Assembly (NCBI GenBank): GCA_951406725.2
Contig: OX597832.1
Coordinates: 63,860,001 to 63,924,000 of the forward strand
DNA length: 64,000 nt
Direction: 5' to 3'
Origin: Octopus vulgaris
Taxonomy: Eukaryota
This document shows positions 61,073-64,000 of the stretch, piece by piece. The translations under genes were made by a program, and so were the position numbers. Position 1 is the first letter of the stretch; each line of letters begins with the position of its first letter. Under the pieces are notes generated by a model, which made no database searches, was not told where the DNA came from, and saw nothing but the letters and a program-made list of their open reading frames with translations.

Positions 61073-61412
61073 GGCGCAGAACTGGCTGTGTGGTAAGTAG
61101 CTTGCTTACCAACCACATGGTTCCGGGTTCAGTCCCACTGCGTGGCACCGTGAGCAAGTGTCTTCTGCTATAGCCTCGGGCCGACCAAAGCCTTGTGAGT
61201 GGATTTGGTAGACGGAAACTGAAAGAATACCGTCGTATATATGTATATGTATATGTATATGTGTGTGTATCTGTGTGTCTGCTCCAGTCTACTCAGCTGG
61301 CAAAAATGAGTAACGCTGCGATGGACTGGCGTCCCATCCAGCTGGGGAACACATACGGCATTGAAACCGGGAAACCGGGCCCAGGAGCCTGGCTAGGCTT
61401 TAAAAGGGCGCA
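61073..61412 (+). mobile_element. Chimeric SINE: type B 5' half joined through the TG tract to a type C-like core and tail
   Basis: 61073-61240 matches the 27025 copy; 61280 onward (gctccagtctactcagctggcaaaaatgagta) matches 49947-49979. Confidence 0.7.
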
Positions 61413-61951
61413 TTAAATTAATTAATAGAAATAGAGTGCATTTCTCTTTAGCTATATACATATGCTATTTAAAATATTGCTTGTCTGTCTCGACTTCTTT
61501 CTGGTTGTACAGTAAATGTCCAGAGGCTGAAATGGTTTCAACCAGGGATTGAAAGCAGAACATATAATTCAACTTGTTAGTATTTGCTGCATTTGTTAAA
61601 ATAATTATTTCAACAAATAAAGGTTATTGAAAATGGCTGAGTTGCATTTTATTCATAACTACATACTTAGGAGAACGAAGATAGAATAAAATTTAGAAGC
61701 CTAGAAGGAAGAAATGAATCGCTCACTTTTAACGTTTAATGGCAGTTTATAAATAATTACTTAATTTCATATTAAAAACTAATGCTAATTTCTGTATTTT
61801 GATTATTTGCTACGTTCTGTCTCCCATCACCCATGCATGGGAGACTCTTTGATACACTCACGTAAAGAGAAATATAGACACCTACACGCATAAACGTGTA
61901 TTTGGGGACTTGGACGAAATTATCATTGGCTAAGATAGACATGCTCTTTTC

Positions 61952-62033
<82 letters not shown>

Positions 62034-62526
62034 CACACACACAACACACACACACACATTCCAATCCCACTTTTTCTCTCTACAAAGAAAAAGATTAAAA
62101 TATCTATTGGTGCCATCACTTTACTTTCCAGAATGAGGCCAAAATGTTTAACAATTGCAGCGTGGAAGGTGTTTTACCAAAACATGGTATACCTTTCATT
62201 TCCAATGATCAAAAAACGTTGTGTATTGCAATGTTAATTATATACGTTATTAAATATTTAATGCTATTGCCATTAGAGTAGAATGGCTTCTGTTTGGCCT
62301 AAAGTAATATGGACCTAAACTTCAACGTCCAATTGAACCGCATCTGCTGATGTTCATAGGCAGACTCTTTTTTTCTTTTCAAGATCGGAGAGTGTAATAT
62401 GAAGGAATTTGGCTCAATGAGCAATTACACACAAACTTCCTCTTTGACTTACTAATTCTTGAGGATACATTTTGAAGGATGATAGAAAATGGTAATAACA
62501 ATATTCGACATCTCTCTCTCTCTCTC

Positions 62527-62594
<68 letters not shown>

Positions 62595-63824
62595 AAAACG
62601 AGTCGGACAAAATGCCTTGCTATAATTTATTCTGATTCTTAATCTGAGTTCCAATCATAGAATCTTGTACCAATCACGGAAAGCTTTTCTAGTGAACTTG
62701 GCTACCATTCCAAATAGCAATCCGATACGGAGGAGTATAATTTAGAGTTTTATGCAGTTGAATTCTAGGAGATCCAATCTATCAAATTTATTCCTGAGGA
62801 GCATATAGACCATAAAGGAGTATACAGACCATAGAAAGTCAGGAAGTATGAGAAGTGAATACGTTTATTTAACTACTTGATATCCGTAGGATTTCGGCCG
62901 GTTCGCAGCCTTCATCATGTAATAATAATAATTTTAGTGTATGATAAATTATTTTACATACTGCACCAATATGCATGTTACATATTGCACTGTACGTTGA
63001 AGTACATTTACAAATCAATGCTGCTATAGAAGGCTAGATCTTCAGATCACCTGAACTTCATGGTTACATCAACGATTCAATTCTGAGTCGAAGCAAGGCC
63101 TTGATAAATCAAGTAAAGACATCAGTCATATCATTCATGGGGGAAAATTAGAATTAACGAGAACTAGTATCATATAGAACGATTAGTCAAATCTTATACA
63201 GTAAAGAAATATCAGTAATAAACAACATGAACTAAGTAGGCGAGGTTTTTCTTCATTTTTTTAAAAAACCGAAATGAGTTAAGAGAATAACTCAGTGGCG
63301 TGTCTTTGAAGAAAATAGACACAGATATAACAAATAGCATACAACATAAATTCTTGATTTATTAAGACTACTGTCTCCGTATCTAGATGATGTGTCACAA
63401 CTACCAGATGGCCATTGAGACCGGGTTCACTTGAGAAAGGGAGATAATCTCAAGAATCAAGAATTCTTTAAAGTCAACATTCCATTATAGAAAAGGACAG
63501 GCTTATTGTCTGGAGACAAAAGGATAGTCGCTGTCACGTGTTTCTGCCTGAATGGACGTTGGCAGCACGAGAATTACTCGACCTGTAGCCAAGCCTCTGA
63601 CCTGAAAGCAATACCATAGTTTCGAAATTGTGATTCATAGTGAATTCTGTGTGAATAAAGATACAGGAATAAAGGATGACGCATGATACAATATAAATAT
63701 TGATGACAAAAACAGCAACAGAAACAATTCAACAACAGTCACAGTTGTGTGGTTGCTTAAACATGTGGAGGCTTCACATGCGTGACACATAAATATACGT
63801 GTGAGTGAGTGTGTGTGTGTGTGT

Positions 63825-63861
<37 letters not shown>

Positions 63862-64000
63862 AATAATATGCATACCTATGTATATAATATATATATGTTA
63901 CAGATATATGTATGCCTGAATATAAATGTATAGATGTATATGCTAATATGTAAACGTATAGAAATAAGCATGTATGTATTGCATATAGATGTACATATGC

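Noticed and set aside
63490-63612. Possible minus-strand exon after a ctttcag acceptor
   Set aside because: All frames close within about 35 codons and no homology is recognisable.

Overview
This is AT-rich, microsatellite-saturated animal genomic DNA. The repeat landscape (tRNA-derived SINEs, dense (TA)/(CA)/(TAA)/(TCTA) arrays) points to a coleoid cephalopod, probably Octopus; this is inferred from recognised repeat types, not from a database search. I can find no intact host gene, and almost all ORF-track entries are translated microsatellites. The recognisable content is: three SINE types (several with clear target-site duplications), decayed LINE fragments (CR1/L2-like, R4/Dong-like, RTE-like, Tx1/L1-like, Penelope-like), a DD34D mariner remnant, a maT/Tc1-like remnant and several foldback/MITE-like elements. 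The most striking structure lies at about 33.2-36.5 kb: a 3.3-kb cassette bounded by ~310-bp inverted repeats. It contains a LINE endonuclease fragment, a GGAAT-type satellite and a second ~169-bp inverted-repeat pair that tightly brackets an intronless, decayed TMEM19 (DUF92) coding fragment, so it is a candidate nested gene-capturing (Pack-type) transposon. Other highlights are a minimal type I hammerhead ribozyme motif with degenerate relatives, a perfect 41-bp snap-back hairpin at the 5' truncation of an R4/Dong LINE, an 88-bp inverted templated insertion and a pre-miRNA-like hairpin. All alignments and folds were done by eye, so coordinates of decayed elements are approximate.
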